Source: a virus
DNA length: 64,000 bases
IMG/VR virus record: IMGVR_UViG_3300022752_000021
Direction: 5' to 3' (one strand)
Shown one piece after another: positions 9,002-17,509 of this stretch (positions within the stretch are counted from its first letter, which is position 1; each line of letters begins with the position of its first letter). Below the pieces are notes generated by a model. That model made no database searches, was not told the DNA's origin, and saw nothing but the letters and a program-made list of their open reading frames with translations. A program made the translations under genes and the position numbers.

Positions 9002-10011
9002 CTTCGCACCATCGACTTTCTTTTCTTCAGGGACTTTGCTCTCTTACGATTTGCTGCTGCTCTGTTCTTCTTTGCTTTTCGTGCGGCTTTCTTTGCTTGC
9101 TTTGAGCGGCGAGCCTTTTCTGCTCCACCCATCTTCACACAAGCCTTCCCACCCTTCTTAGCAAGTTTCTGTCCTGCTGGACACTTGAACACGATTTTCT
9201 TCTTTCCACCACGAATGACAATCTTGCGCTTTGCTCCTTCAGCAAGCATCTCAAGTTCTTCTGATGGAATGAGCGAGAGAACTTGATCAACACTGATGGT
9301 ATCAACACCATAAATCACATAATGCGTTTCCATCAATGATGTGTTTGCGATGTCAAGAGATAGTTTCATTTCAACATCCTCATTCGTCGGCTGTGGTGCC
9401 TTAGCAAACTTTGGATTTGCATAATTCTTTGATGGGAATCCACCTGGTCCTTCACGAACCAACTTCACTTGAACTTGCTTCTTTCCTTTTCCTATAGTAG
9501 AGACAAGACCTTCATGTTCCTCACCACCATGGGTATCGATGTCGAACTGATGCTGATGCTTCTTGAACTGATCAAGCATATGATGCTTTGCCATGTTGAT
9601 GTGGTGGTGTGCCTGAAACATGGCATGAAGATGGTGTGCATTCGAATCTATCTCACCATGCACAGCAGCGAGTGCATTGGCACGACCTTTCTCGCTCTTG
9701 TTTGTCTTTTCCACGAACTTTGTGGCATGTGCCTTGAGTCCTTCTACGCTTCTCTTGCCGGTTGTTCGTGCTGCCGTGTTGGAATACTGCCTGACTATGT
9801 CGTGAAGTCTCTTGTTGCCAACCAACTTGCGGGAGAACTCATGAACCTCTGGTGTAAGATGCTTCTGTGCAGCAGCAAGATGCTTCGTGATCGCGGCATC
9901 TCTCTTTGGAGACAGAGATAGTTTGGTCTTCTTACTGATGGCAAGATCTGGGGCATGAATGCCTTCTCCCTGCAACTGAGAAACATCTGGATGGTTAGTG
10001 ATCTTCTTCAT
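8998..10011 (-). CDS. C-terminal half of a ligase/nucleotidyltransferase-like (DUF6267-like) protein fused to a basic prohead-core-like tail
   Basis: EHEGLV and VKLV motifs; LAEG followed by KIVIRGGKKK..C...C...AARKAKK; AGGAG SD and ATGA overlap with the upstream gene. Confidence 0.5.
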   Translation of the reverse strand: MKKITNHPDVSQLQGEGIHAPDLAISKKTKLSLSPKRDAAITKHLAAAQKHLTPEVHEFSRKLVGNKRLHDIVRQYSNTAARTTGKRSVEGLKAHATKFVEKTNKSEKGRANALAAVHGEIDSNAHHLHAMFQAHHHINMAKHHMLDQFKKHQHQFDIDTHGGEEHEGLVSTIGKGKKQVQVKLVREGPGGFPSKNYANPKFAKAPQPTNEDVEMKLSLDIANTSLMETHYVIYGVDTISVDQVLSLIPSEELEMLAEGAKRKIVIRGGKKKIVFKCPAGQKLAKKGGKACVKMGGAEKARRSKQAKKAARKAKKNRAAANRKRAKSLKKRKSMVRR

Positions 10012-10769
10012 GCCTTTGCTCCTGGCTTTGGAAGAGCATACTGCGAATGTGCAGCCAGAGTCAGTTTCTTTCCGCTCTTCACCTTGTATGTGATTGTGTT
10101 TGGCTTTGCCGTTGTCTGATTCTCACCATCTGCCTCATGATGCACAAGATCTGCCTGAAACGCATGACCAGGCTTGATGTTCATGGTCTTGACATGATGA
10201 AGGAGAGGGACAAGGTGCTTTACATAGTGTTCCTTGCCAGTTGCATGAACATCCTCTGGAGTCTTGAAGACATGCTCGACCTGTCCATGCTTTGACTTGA
10301 CAAAATGGGTTCCATCATGCTCTCTGCCTACCACCACGCTCATTCCACCATCGACCTTGAGCGAAGGCTCATGCCCCTTGGTGTGCTTTCCCTTGAACCT
10401 TTGATGCATGGCAGTCATGTGCCTGATTGCCTCGCTTGGGTTTCCGTGGTAGATCATGTCCCCGACATGCTCAAGGTGTCCCGTGAATGGCTTCGGCTTC
10501 TTTTTCTGCGTTGCTTCGAAGATTGGTGCCTTCTTCTTCTTTCTTCGCCAGATTCCCTTGCCAAACTGCTTTTGGCTATACTTCGGTGATACAGGCTCTC
10601 CGTCCGAAACCACTGCAATGCCAGGAGCAGATGCCGTATTTGCAACCTCTTCGTTGAGTATTAGTTCTAGGATGTCCATCTTGTCCTGATCCTCAAGTGC
10701 CTCGGACATGAGTCTACGGGCTTCTTCGTTCAGGTTTTTTCGCATGAAGTTTTGGTATGTTTCTTTCAT
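10008..10769 (-). CDS. N-terminal half of a ligase/nucleotidyltransferase-like (DUF6267-like) protein
   Basis: HLEH, SLKVDGG (KxDG), FQADL and PNTITY motifs after LNE/IFE motifs. Confidence 0.5.
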   Translation of the reverse strand: MKETYQNFMRKNLNEEARRLMSEALEDQDKMDILELILNEEVANTASAPGIAVVSDGEPVSPKYSQKQFGKGIWRRKKKKAPIFEATQKKKPKPFTGHLEHVGDMIYHGNPSEAIRHMTAMHQRFKGKHTKGHEPSLKVDGGMSVVVGREHDGTHFVKSKHGQVEHVFKTPEDVHATGKEHYVKHLVPLLHHVKTMNIKPGHAFQADLVHHEADGENQTTAKPNTITYKVKSGKKLTLAAHSQYALPKPGAKA

Positions 10770-11143
10770 ATCTTCCTCAGTTCTTGCAAAAGAGAATCTT
10801 CCATTGGTATTACTGCAAGATCTGCCTCTGGTATTTCGTGACGAAGCACATTGAGATAGTAGAGGAATGTCTTGAGTCTCGGATGGAACTTCTCCTCCAT
10901 CCTATAGAACAATATTCTATTTCCAACCTCTATTCCAAACACATTCGTAAGGACAATGAGGTGGTTTATGATCAATCGGTTTCGTTGTGCAATATCCCCA
11001 TCATCACGATTCATCAATCTCTTCAAATACTTGATTCTGTCTATATCTTCATAGAACTCTTCAAGAGAAGAGCATTGTGGGTTATCATAGTTTTCAAGTG
11101 CGAAGGTCAAAAAGTCTTCATCACGAATACGGTTGTCCGACAT
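10766..11143 (-). CDS. Conserved T4-like phage hypothetical protein
   Basis: FALENYDNPQC..EEFYED..RIKYLKRL...RLIINHLIVL.NVFG pattern typical of T4-like aquatic phages. Confidence 0.7.
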   Translation of the reverse strand: MSDNRIRDEDFLTFALENYDNPQCSSLEEFYEDIDRIKYLKRLMNRDDGDIAQRNRLIINHLIVLTNVFGIEVGNRILFYRMEEKFHPRLKTFLYYLNVLRHEIPEADLAVIPMEDSLLQELRKI

Positions 11144-11150
11144 TAGAAAC

Positions 11151-11669
11151 TCAGTCGTGGTTCTTCTTTTCTGATGTCATGTAGAGTTCTGCATCGATCA
11201 TGTAGAGTCCACCAGGAACCATAGATGTGTTGATCTTCAACTTACCATGCATACGAGAACGAAGGAAGATTTCATCGTCAACATATGGATCACCAGAGAT
11301 TGGGTTATCGCTTTCGCGTCTTCCATACTGATAGACATTGAATGTGCCGTTTGTGGCATCCTTGACACCGAAATTCATGTCACCATCATCCACATGAAGA
11401 CCGATTGTTTGCAACTGAAGGAATAGGCGGTTCAAACGATCCATTGGGTCGAGGTGCTGACCAGTGAGGAACCTCTTGATGAATGCATTGATGACTTGCA
11501 TGTTCTCTGGCTTCTCGACATAGAACAAGGCTCTATCATCCAACGCAGAGCGGTGGTTTGTGTTATATGTGGATTCCAATAGTGCTTCGACAAGTGTCTG
11601 ATTCTTGCTCTTGTCAAGAGTATTTGCGGCAACATTGGATAATGAGTCTCTGCGAGTGAATGGGTTCAT
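11151..11669 (-). CDS. Hypothetical protein
   Basis: GGAG SD before the ATG at 11669. Confidence 0.6.
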   Translation of the reverse strand: MNPFTRRDSLSNVAANTLDKSKNQTLVEALLESTYNTNHRSALDDRALFYVEKPENMQVINAFIKRFLTGQHLDPMDRLNRLFLQLQTIGLHVDDGDMNFGVKDATNGTFNVYQYGRRESDNPISGDPYVDDEIFLRSRMHGKLKINTSMVPGGLYMIDAELYMTSEKKNHD

Positions 11670-11710
11670 TTGAATCTCCAAATTGTTATGGAAATATATA
11701 TAAAGATATA

Positions 11711-11751
11711 GAAAACCCCTGCGGTGTATCCAGCACCCAGGGGCATGGCAC
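11711..11751 (+). promoter_or_regulatory. Conserved hairpin element upstream of GIY-YIG gene (copy 2)
   Basis: CCCCTG-C-GGTGT-ATCCA-GCACC-CAGGGG-CATGGCAC. Confidence 0.7.
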
Positions 11752-11769
11752 AGAGAGAAAGGACAATCT

Positions 11770-12327
11770 ATGCACACTATTTATCTCGTCTGTAAGGACT
11801 CCAAGCCTGTATATGTTGGATATACCGGCAGATCCGTTCGCCACAGATGGTATGAACATATTCACGATTCCAAAAAACGCCCCAAAAATCCGCTTCATCG
11901 CGCTATAAGCAAGTATGGGGCTAAATCCTTTCATGTAGAAATCCTCTACGAGAGTGAGGATGAAAATCACACAAAAAACTTTATGGAGCATCATTTTATT
12001 TGGCTTCACAAAACACACATTAGTAATGGGGGATACAACTTAACCTTTGGGGGAGAAGGAAATCCTAGAACACGAACCGAAAAAGAAAAAAAGGATAGGG
12101 CAAAAATATGGTATGAAACTAACAAAGAGAAATGTAAAGACAGGAGAAGAGATTACAATAAAATGTGGCGGAACCTTAATAAAGACCGAAATCGAGAAAT
12201 GAAAAAGAAATATTATGAAGAGAATAAGGAAAAAGTTAGTGCTTACCATAAGGCGTATTATGAATCCCACAAAGAGCAGAAAAGAGAGTATAGTAATGCT
12301 CATTACAAAAGAAAATCTATAGAGTAA
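11770..12327 (+). CDS. GIY-YIG homing-endonuclease-like protein with C-terminal YYExNKEK repeats
   Basis: MHTIYLVCKDSKPVYVGYT, RWYEH, GYNLTFGGEG; paralog of 5004..5570. Confidence 0.85.
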   Translation: MHTIYLVCKDSKPVYVGYTGRSVRHRWYEHIHDSKKRPKNPLHRAISKYGAKSFHVEILYESEDENHTKNFMEHHFIWLHKTHISNGGYNLTFGGEGNPRTRTEKEKKDRAKIWYETNKEKCKDRRRDYNKMWRNLNKDRNREMKKKYYEENKEKVSAYHKAYYESHKEQKREYSNAHYKRKSIE

Positions 12328-12330
12328 ACA

Positions 12331-12360
12331 AAACATCGGCAATTTTGATTGCCGATGTTT
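12331..12360. terminator. Bidirectional intrinsic terminator
   Basis: AAACATCGGCAAT-TTTG-ATTGCCGATGTTT perfect inverted repeat between convergent genes. Confidence 0.8.
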
Positions 12361-12387
12361 CGTGTGGTTGGTACTACCCAGGTCAGT

Positions 12388-12504
12388 TTATTGACGGGAC
12401 CAAGGGAACTTCTTGGAAACCCAATTCCAAAGTGGGGTGCCGATTGCAGCACCAGCGACAAACATGAGAATGCTCCACCAAGTTGTCCCTAAAAAATCTG
12501 CCAT
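12388..12504 (-). CDS. Small single-pass membrane protein, 38 aa (MADFLGTTWWSILMFVAGAAIGTPLWNWVSKKFPWSRQ), not in the ORF track
   Basis: AAAGGAG SD; hydrophobic helix with Trp belt and basic C-terminus. Confidence 0.7.
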   Translation of the reverse strand: MADFLGTTWWSILMFVAGAAIGTPLWNWVSKKFPWSRQ

Positions 12505-12604
12505 TTGGTTCTCCTTTATAAAATGAAACCATGTAACTCTATATATCGACCCATTTCAAGATTTCCCAAATCGTTGCTTTGCTAAATATGACAGGAGGAT
12601 TACT

Positions 12605-12829
12605 ATGGACAGACAATATTCAGAATCATTTTCCATCCCAACGGGTGGATGGACGGGTGGGGCAAATGCGATTATGTGTACAGCAACTGCTCTAACAACA
12701 GGCATAACCGCAGATGTCAAATTGTGGAGAGATAGCGCAACCACGCGCATTGTCATGGCACCAGGAGAGATCCTACCACTCAAGGTTCGTTACATCAATC
12801 ACAACTCGACAGTAATCGGATTCAACTGA
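12605..12829 (+). CDS. Small hypothetical (probably virion) protein
   Basis: CTAAATA late-type promoter at 12582-12588 and AGGAGG SD; GEILPLKV motif. Confidence 0.6.
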   Translation: MDRQYSESFSIPTGGWTGGANAIMCTATALTTGITADVKLWRDSATTRIVMAPGEILPLKVRYINHNSTVIGFN

Positions 12830-13476
12830 TACCACTGGTTGTACAACTGAAGAGAACTAAGAAGCCCGGGGACATATTCCACGGGCTTTTTTACGAACTC
12901 CTGTAAAACTCCCGTCTCGCAAGCCACAAGAATCACAATCTGCTCGACCTTTCGACCAGTGAGTTCTTGGAACATCAAAGAGTATGCCGTGGCTTGCTGA
13001 AAGTAGTTCTTGATTCCTCCTGAATACTTCTCTCGCGTTGAACCTTTGAAGTCCACCACAGAAAGTTTACCATCGTAATCACAGATGCAGTCAACTCTGC
13101 CAGCAAGTCCTACACTCTCACTCCACATGTGTTGTTCAAGTGCATAGACATTGTCGATCTTTGTCTCGACATGGTTCTTCAGCATTTCGTAGAGTTCATT
13201 GACATCAGAATGTTCGCAAAGAACAACATCCTCATTCTTGAGAAGATGCTCCATCATTGAGTGGATGATGTTTCCGCGATCACAGACTCGCTGTGCCTCG
13301 CGAGGATTTGCCCTACGCCAAATCTCTATGCCGTCCTTACCTTCGAAGCCTGTTACCGTCGTAACAGACGGCAGATGCTTTCCTGAAGGTGTAACGTAGA
13401 CTCTCCCATGCTTGCTCTCAAGCACACGGAGTTCGGGAAGGTTTAGTTGTACAGGTTGGTAGTTGTATGTTTTCAA
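12799..13476 (-). CDS. PD-(D/E)xK exonuclease (Cas4/lambda-exonuclease-like)
   Basis: YVTPSG..LPSVTTV, RGNIIH, LAGRVDC, VVDFKGS and YFQQATAY motifs. Confidence 0.85.
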   Translation of the reverse strand: MKTYNYQPVQLNLPELRVLESKHGRVYVTPSGKHLPSVTTVTGFEGKDGIEIWRRANPREAQRVCDRGNIIHSMMEHLLKNEDVVLCEHSDVNELYEMLKNHVETKIDNVYALEQHMWSESVGLAGRVDCICDYDGKLSVVDFKGSTREKYSGGIKNYFQQATAYSLMFQELTGRKVEQIVILVACETGVLQEFVKKPVEYVPGLLSSLQLYNQWYQLNPITVEL

Positions 13477-13779
13477 TCATCTATCTATTTCACAGGGAGG
13501 AGTTGGAAAGTCCTTGCTCCTCTTTGATATATCCATGGTTTGACCAGGTGTTTTCACTCTAGTCTTCTTTTCTACATCTTTCTTCTCGGAAATAACTTCC
13601 TTGAAGTAAGCCACGGTTTCACTCACACTCATATTAGTATAACGTGCTTCTCTGATGATGTCAACATACTTCTGATTAGAAACTATTGCTTGCCACGGAA
13701 GATTCATTCTATCGGCACAGCGACGAGCAAACTGATAGTCTGACTCATGCTTCTCGGTCAATTTCTTCTTTTGTGCCAT
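13477..13779 (-). CDS. Hypothetical protein
   Basis: ORF with AAGGA upstream, contiguous with its neighbours. Confidence 0.55.
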   Translation of the reverse strand: MAQKKKLTEKHESDYQFARRCADRMNLPWQAIVSNQKYVDIIREARYTNMSVSETVAYFKEVISEKKDVEKKTRVKTPGQTMDISKRSKDFPTPPCEIDR

Positions 13780-13951
13780 TTGTAGTCTTCCTTTTCGTGG
13801 GTTTTGGGTTGAACAAAGATTCTTTTTCTTTTTCATTCAAACCAAAAAATCCAATATCAATGAGCAACTTTGCTCTTTCTTTCTTCAACTCATCGGTTGA
13901 TGAAAGGATTGTTTTCAATGATTCAATCAATGCTTTGTTGCTCTTCTTCAT
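13745..13951 (-). CDS. Small hypothetical protein
   Basis: ATG at 13951 lies just downstream of the terminator; the longer ORF-track start runs through the structured RNA region. Confidence 0.45.
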   Translation of the reverse strand: MKKSNKALIESLKTILSSTDELKKERAKLLIDIGFFGLNEKEKESLFNPKPTKRKTTNGTKEEIDREA

Positions 13952-13980
13952 ACCACTATTTATCCTTATCATGTTCTGAA

Positions 13981-14014
13981 ATAAAACAAGGGTCTGCAAT
14001 GAAGCAGACCCTTG
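13981..14014 (-). terminator. Intrinsic terminator of the candidate ncRNA
   Basis: CAAGGGTCTGC-TTCATT-GCAGACCCTTG-TTTTAT on the minus strand. Confidence 0.8.
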
Positions 14015-14130
14015 GGTAGCGAAACCCCTTGTCAGGAACGAGTAAGTTACTCTCGTCCGATGTGCGATGAACAGCGTAATGACTTGCCCTGTCATCCACG
14101 ACCGACTCGGTAAACGAACGGTTGGGGCAT
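13981..14130 (-). ncRNA. Candidate structured non-coding RNA (about 150 nt including its terminator)
   Basis: Perfect TATAAATA immediately upstream, four hairpins, a possible pseudoknot and an 11-bp terminator stem with U tract; no SD-led ORF. Confidence 0.6.
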
Positions 14131-14133
14131 TAC

Positions 14134-14141
14134 TATTTATA
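14134..14141 (-). promoter_or_regulatory. T4 late promoter TATAAATA
   Basis: Exact consensus on the minus strand. Confidence 0.75.
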
Positions 14142-14174
14142 AAAAAGAAAATCCCCGATCTCTCGGGGACTTCT
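14141..14174 (-). terminator. Intrinsic terminator after gp32
   Basis: TCCCCGA-GAGA-TCGGGGA followed by TTTTCTTTTTT on the minus strand. Confidence 0.75.
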
Positions 14175-14200
14175 CAAGACCATAACAAATAAATCAAAAC

Positions 14201-15139
14201 TCACTCATTTGCCAACTTCTTGAAGTACGACAATGCATCATCCTCATCGTCATCTTCACTTACCTTGGTCTTTGGCTTTGCTTCCCGACCAGGAGCCTTC
14301 GCTTCGGCAGTTGGGAACTTCGGGGTGAACTTCTTCTCCGAAACATCCTCTTCTTCCTCTGAAATATCCATGTCCTCTGCCTTCTGAGACTGAGAACCAT
14401 TGATGACTGATTGGAACTTCGTCTTGAGTTCCCCGTAAGCCTTGAACTGATCTGGCTTCACGAAGTCAAGCAATGAGTATTCCTTGCGCCACAGAGCCTC
14501 AAGTGCCTTGTCATCTCCGTCGAGGAGAGGTGAAGATGCAGAGAACTCCGACTTGTCGTAGTTGCGATATCCATCGACATTGCGAATCTTGATCTTGAAG
14601 TTCGCTCCCTGCCAGAAGTCGAATGGATTCACAGCATCCTCGTCCTTGTACTGAGGATTCATCTTGTCATTGATCTTGTCGAAGATCTTCTTACCATAGC
14701 GGTAGAGGAAAACCTTTCCATTGTTGGCAGGATTGACAGGATCTTCAATCACAAGGACATTGCTGATGTAGGACAACTTACGCTTGCGATCCCGTGCAAT
14801 GTTCTTGTCATCGTCATTTCCGCTGTTCCACAACTCATTGTTTGCTTCACAGACAGGACACTTCTGACCGATTGTAGTGGGGCAGTTCTCAATGTACCAA
14901 CCGCCCTTTGCTTGAAATCCGTGGCTGAAGACACGAACCCAAGGAAGATCCTCATTTGGAGGTGCGGGGAGGAAACGGATGACTGCATATCCGTTGCCAG
15001 TCTTGTCAACTTCAGGTTGCCAGAGGCGATCATCCTTATAGGAGTTTTCGCCTCCACCCTTTGTGACCTTCTCTAGTTCCTTGGCAATCTTGCCAAGGTT
15101 GTTCTTTGAACTCTTCTTGAAACTTGCGAAATCTGACAT
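14201..15139 (-). CDS. gp32: Single-stranded DNA-binding protein (T4 gp32)
   Basis: DDRLWQPEVDKTGNGYAVIRFLPAP, WYIENC.TT...CPVC, YGKKIFDKI, acidic tail; AAGGAG SD. Confidence 0.95.
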   Translation of the reverse strand: MSDFASFKKSSKNNLGKIAKELEKVTKGGGENSYKDDRLWQPEVDKTGNGYAVIRFLPAPPNEDLPWVRVFSHGFQAKGGWYIENCPTTIGQKCPVCEANNELWNSGNDDDKNIARDRKRKLSYISNVLVIEDPVNPANNGKVFLYRYGKKIFDKINDKMNPQYKDEDAVNPFDFWQGANFKIKIRNVDGYRNYDKSEFSASSPLLDGDDKALEALWRKEYSLLDFVKPDQFKAYGELKTKFQSVINGSQSQKAEDMDISEEEEDVSEKKFTPKFPTAEAKAPGREAKPKTKVSEDDDEDDALSYFKKLANE

Positions 15140-15186
15140 CGTATTGCTCCTTTTGCTAGGTGTACTGAGTATCTGACAATGTGCTG

Positions 15187-15214
15187 AGTATACAGCGTGT
15201 ACGGCGTATGTCAA
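15187..15214 (-). promoter_or_regulatory. Sigma70-type promoter TTGACA-N16-TATACT for gp32
   Basis: Consensus -35 and near-consensus -10. Confidence 0.6.
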
Positions 15215-15426
15215 GCGAATGGTAGCGACTTCTTGCGTGGTAATAGATTCACTTGTCGTGCTTCGTTCTCAATGTTTTCAATGATGGGACGAGACAAGTG
15301 CTTTGCCACAAGTGAAGCATCAATCGAATGCTCTTCGCAAATTTCCAAAACTGCCTCCATGTAGGAGATCTTTCTATTGGAAACCATTCGTTCTATGAGA
15401 TTTGATATTTGTGTTGGGTCAATCAT
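15211..15426 (-). CDS. gp33: Late-promoter transcription coactivator (T4 gp33)
   Basis: IERMV....SYMEAVLEICEE..ID......L...I...IENEA...NLL; adjacent to gp32. Confidence 0.85.
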   Translation of the reverse strand: MIDPTQISNLIERMVSNRKISYMEAVLEICEEHSIDASLVAKHLSRPIIENIENEARQVNLLPRKKSLPFA

Positions 15427-15433
15427 GATGAGG

Positions 15434-15460
15434 ATTATACTCTATGTATTGTGATGTCAA
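15434..15460 (-). promoter_or_regulatory. Sigma70-type promoter TTGACA-N15-TATAAT for gp33
   Basis: Perfect hexamers with a short spacer; -10 is 7 nt from the ATG. Confidence 0.55.
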
Positions 15461-15464
15461 GCCA

Positions 15465-15472
15465 TATAAATA
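15465..15472 (+). promoter_or_regulatory. T4 late promoter TATAAATA
   Basis: Exact consensus upstream of the structural gene block. Confidence 0.8.
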
Positions 15473-15505
15473 ATCAAGATCACAGAATCATAAAAAGGAA
15501 CTAAA

Positions 15506-17101
15506 ATGGCTTTTGACACAGACAACAATGTAGCAGTATCAGGATTTTCGGGAGAAGCAGTAATAGCAACAGATTACTCTGCATCAGAGGGTAATCATTT
15601 TCAAGTAATGAAGATTGCTTATGGTGCTACTGGTGAAGGTGGCACAAGAGTCACATCATCAAACGGTTTGCCAGTTGCTATCGTAAACACTCCAACGGTT
15701 GCTGTGTCGAGTGTTGGTGGAACTGTAACTGTAACAGGAACTGTGAGTGTAACTCAACCCGTTGGAGTCACAGCAACAGATCTTGATATTAGAACACTAA
15801 CCGCAGGAGATCCAACAACTGCTGGTGCAATCACTCAAGATGTTGTTCGTGTGGTTGGATACTCTGGTGGTTGGGCAGTTGGAGTCACAGCAACAAACTT
15901 TGGAATTCGTGCATTGACAGCAGGAGATCCCACGACTGCTGGTGCAGCGGGTCAAGATGTTGTCAGAATCGTCGGATACTCTGGTGGTTGGGCAGTTGGA
16001 GTTACTGCTGTTGACCTCGATATTCGATCTTTGACTGGAACCTCAGACAGTGTTGCTATATACGGCACAGTATCGGTTCAGGCTGTAACAGGACCATTTG
16101 ATGCAACAGATCCAAATGTTGGATTTCAAACACGACTTCTCAGGGCAACAAGAGATGCTACTGGAGCAATCAGTGATTTAGATTTGAGTGGTCGATTGAG
16201 CGCACAAGGAATAGTAGAAGATAGTGTCCGCGTCATTGGTCTTTCTGGTGCCTGGCCCGTTTCAGTCTTCTCACATGGTCTTACAAACATCACCAACTAC
16301 GATACCAAAATCCCATTCCATGTTGACAGTACTGGTGCGTTGTTTGTGAACCTTGCGAGTGGGTCGATTGGTGTCACTGCAAATATTGCAAGTGTTACCG
16401 TTGGTGCTGTAACAATAAGTGGATTATCTCTAGCAAGTGCAACAGCAGCAAGCGAAGTATTGCAAATTAATGGGTATACGGGTGCTGGTTCTATACCAGT
16501 TACTGTTGGAGGAACGGTTAATATTGGTGGAACAGGTCTTTCGTATATTAATAACATAAAAGATATACTTTTTGGATCTACGGGATCTGGCATACTTGTT
16601 GATGCCACAGGCGACTTAGAGACGAAATTTATTGATAAGATTTCATTCCATGAAGAGACGAATGAAAAATGGCTACGAGTCGCTGGCTATAAAGATGCGA
16701 GTATGAATGATGCACTTGGTTCTATACAGACTGATGTAGATGATCTGCGTAAGATATTTCTTACTAACACATCAGCAACATCTGTGGTATCATCCAATGG
16801 ATTGTTGAAAGTTGATGTTCAGGCAATAGCACAACCAACAGGTGGAACTTCAAATAGGGTTGCGGTTTCTAACAGTTCACCAACCACATTCGCATCTGTT
16901 GCTCTATCAAGTGGTATACACTTCCGCAGTGATCTAAACAATAGTGGAACTATATTTGTTGGATTCTCTTCCGCAGTTTCGTCTCAGAATGGATTCCCAT
17001 TGTATGCGGGAGATCAAATCTTCATCGAAACAGACAACTTGAATAGACTTCAGACATGGTCAACAATCAACGGTGCTACTCTCTATTACATAGGAACCTA
17101 A
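15506..17101 (+). CDS. Virion structural protein (fibre/decoration-like) with 39-aa repeats
   Basis: Late promoter; G/T/V/S-rich; C-terminal NSGTIFVG...NGFPLYAGDQIFIE motif. Confidence 0.6.
   Translation: MAFDTDNNVAVSGFSGEAVIATDYSASEGNHFQVMKIAYGATGEGGTRVTSSNGLPVAIVNTPTVAVSSVGGTVTVTGTVSVTQPVGVTATDLDIRTLTAGDPTTAGAITQDVVRVVGYSGGWAVGVTATNFGIRALTAGDPTTAGAAGQDVVRIVGYSGGWAVGVTAVDLDIRSLTGTSDSVAIYGTVSVQAVTGPFDATDPNVGFQTRLLRATRDATGAISDLDLSGRLSAQGIVEDSVRVIGLSGAWPVSVFSHGLTNITNYDTKIPFHVDSTGALFVNLASGSIGVTANIASVTVGAVTISGLSLASATAASEVLQINGYTGAGSIPVTVGGTVNIGGTGLSYINNIKDILFGSTGSGILVDATGDLETKFIDKISFHEETNEKWLRVAGYKDASMNDALGSIQTDVDDLRKIFLTNTSATSVVSSNGLLKVDVQAIAQPTGGTSNRVAVSNSSPTTFASVALSSGIHFRSDLNNSGTIFVGFSSAVSSQNGFPLYAGDQIFIETDNLNRLQTWSTINGATLYYIGT
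15761..16030 (+). repeat. About 2.3 copies of a 117-bp (39-aa) coding tandem repeat
   Basis: VGVTAT..IR.LTAGDPTTAGA..QDVVR.VGYSGGWA units start at 15761, 15878 and 15995. Confidence 0.85.
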
Positions 17102-17104
17102 TAC

Positions 17105-17488
17105 ATGCGTAGTGACTTTATAAACAAACGATTCATCAGCAATAAAAGACTATTATCTCAAACGCAGTTTGTTGATACTGAAATCATAGTCATACCAGAG
17201 TTTGATACTTTCTATTACCACAATCCACCATCAGCCTTTGTAGATAAATGGGGTGGAATTATTAGTGGAAATTTTGAAGAAGCAACACAAATTCCAATCG
17301 GACTATTGAATCCGTGGAATGATGGAGACGATGCCCCAGCAGAGGGTGGAATGCTTGGCGCATCCATTCCAGTGAGAACACCAACAAGAACAGCAATGGC
17401 TTTTAACTTGTCATCGCTTCCAGCAAATGCAAATATAACTGACGCAAAACTTATCCTTACAGTATCAAGTAAAAGAGATTGGGATTAA
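17105..17488 (+). CDS. Small protein carrying the N-terminal strands of a DNRLRE-like beta-sandwich; in frame with the next gene
   Basis: RTAMAFNLSSLPANANITDAKLILTV; a single TAA plus 7 sense codons separate it from the ATG at 17510. Confidence 0.55.
   Translation: MRSDFINKRFISNKRLLSQTQFVDTEIIVIPEFDTFYYHNPPSAFVDKWGGIISGNFEEATQIPIGLLNPWNDGDDAPAEGGMLGASIPVRTPTRTAMAFNLSSLPANANITDAKLILTVSSKRDWD
17459..17488 (+). repeat. 30-bp exact direct repeat, copy 1 (ACAGTATCAAGTAAAAGAGATTGGGATTAA)
   Basis: Identical to 22310..22339. Confidence 0.9.
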
Positions 17489-17509
17489 AAATCAAAAGGT
17501 ACTTTAGTA

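Noticed and set aside
12799-13476. Cas4 as evidence of a CRISPR system
   Set aside because: It is the common stand-alone phage PD-(D/E)xK exonuclease; no array or other cas genes are present.
13745-14095. 116-aa ORF spanning the structured region
   Set aside because: It lacks an SD and crosses a strong same-strand terminator; the ATG at 13951 is more plausible.
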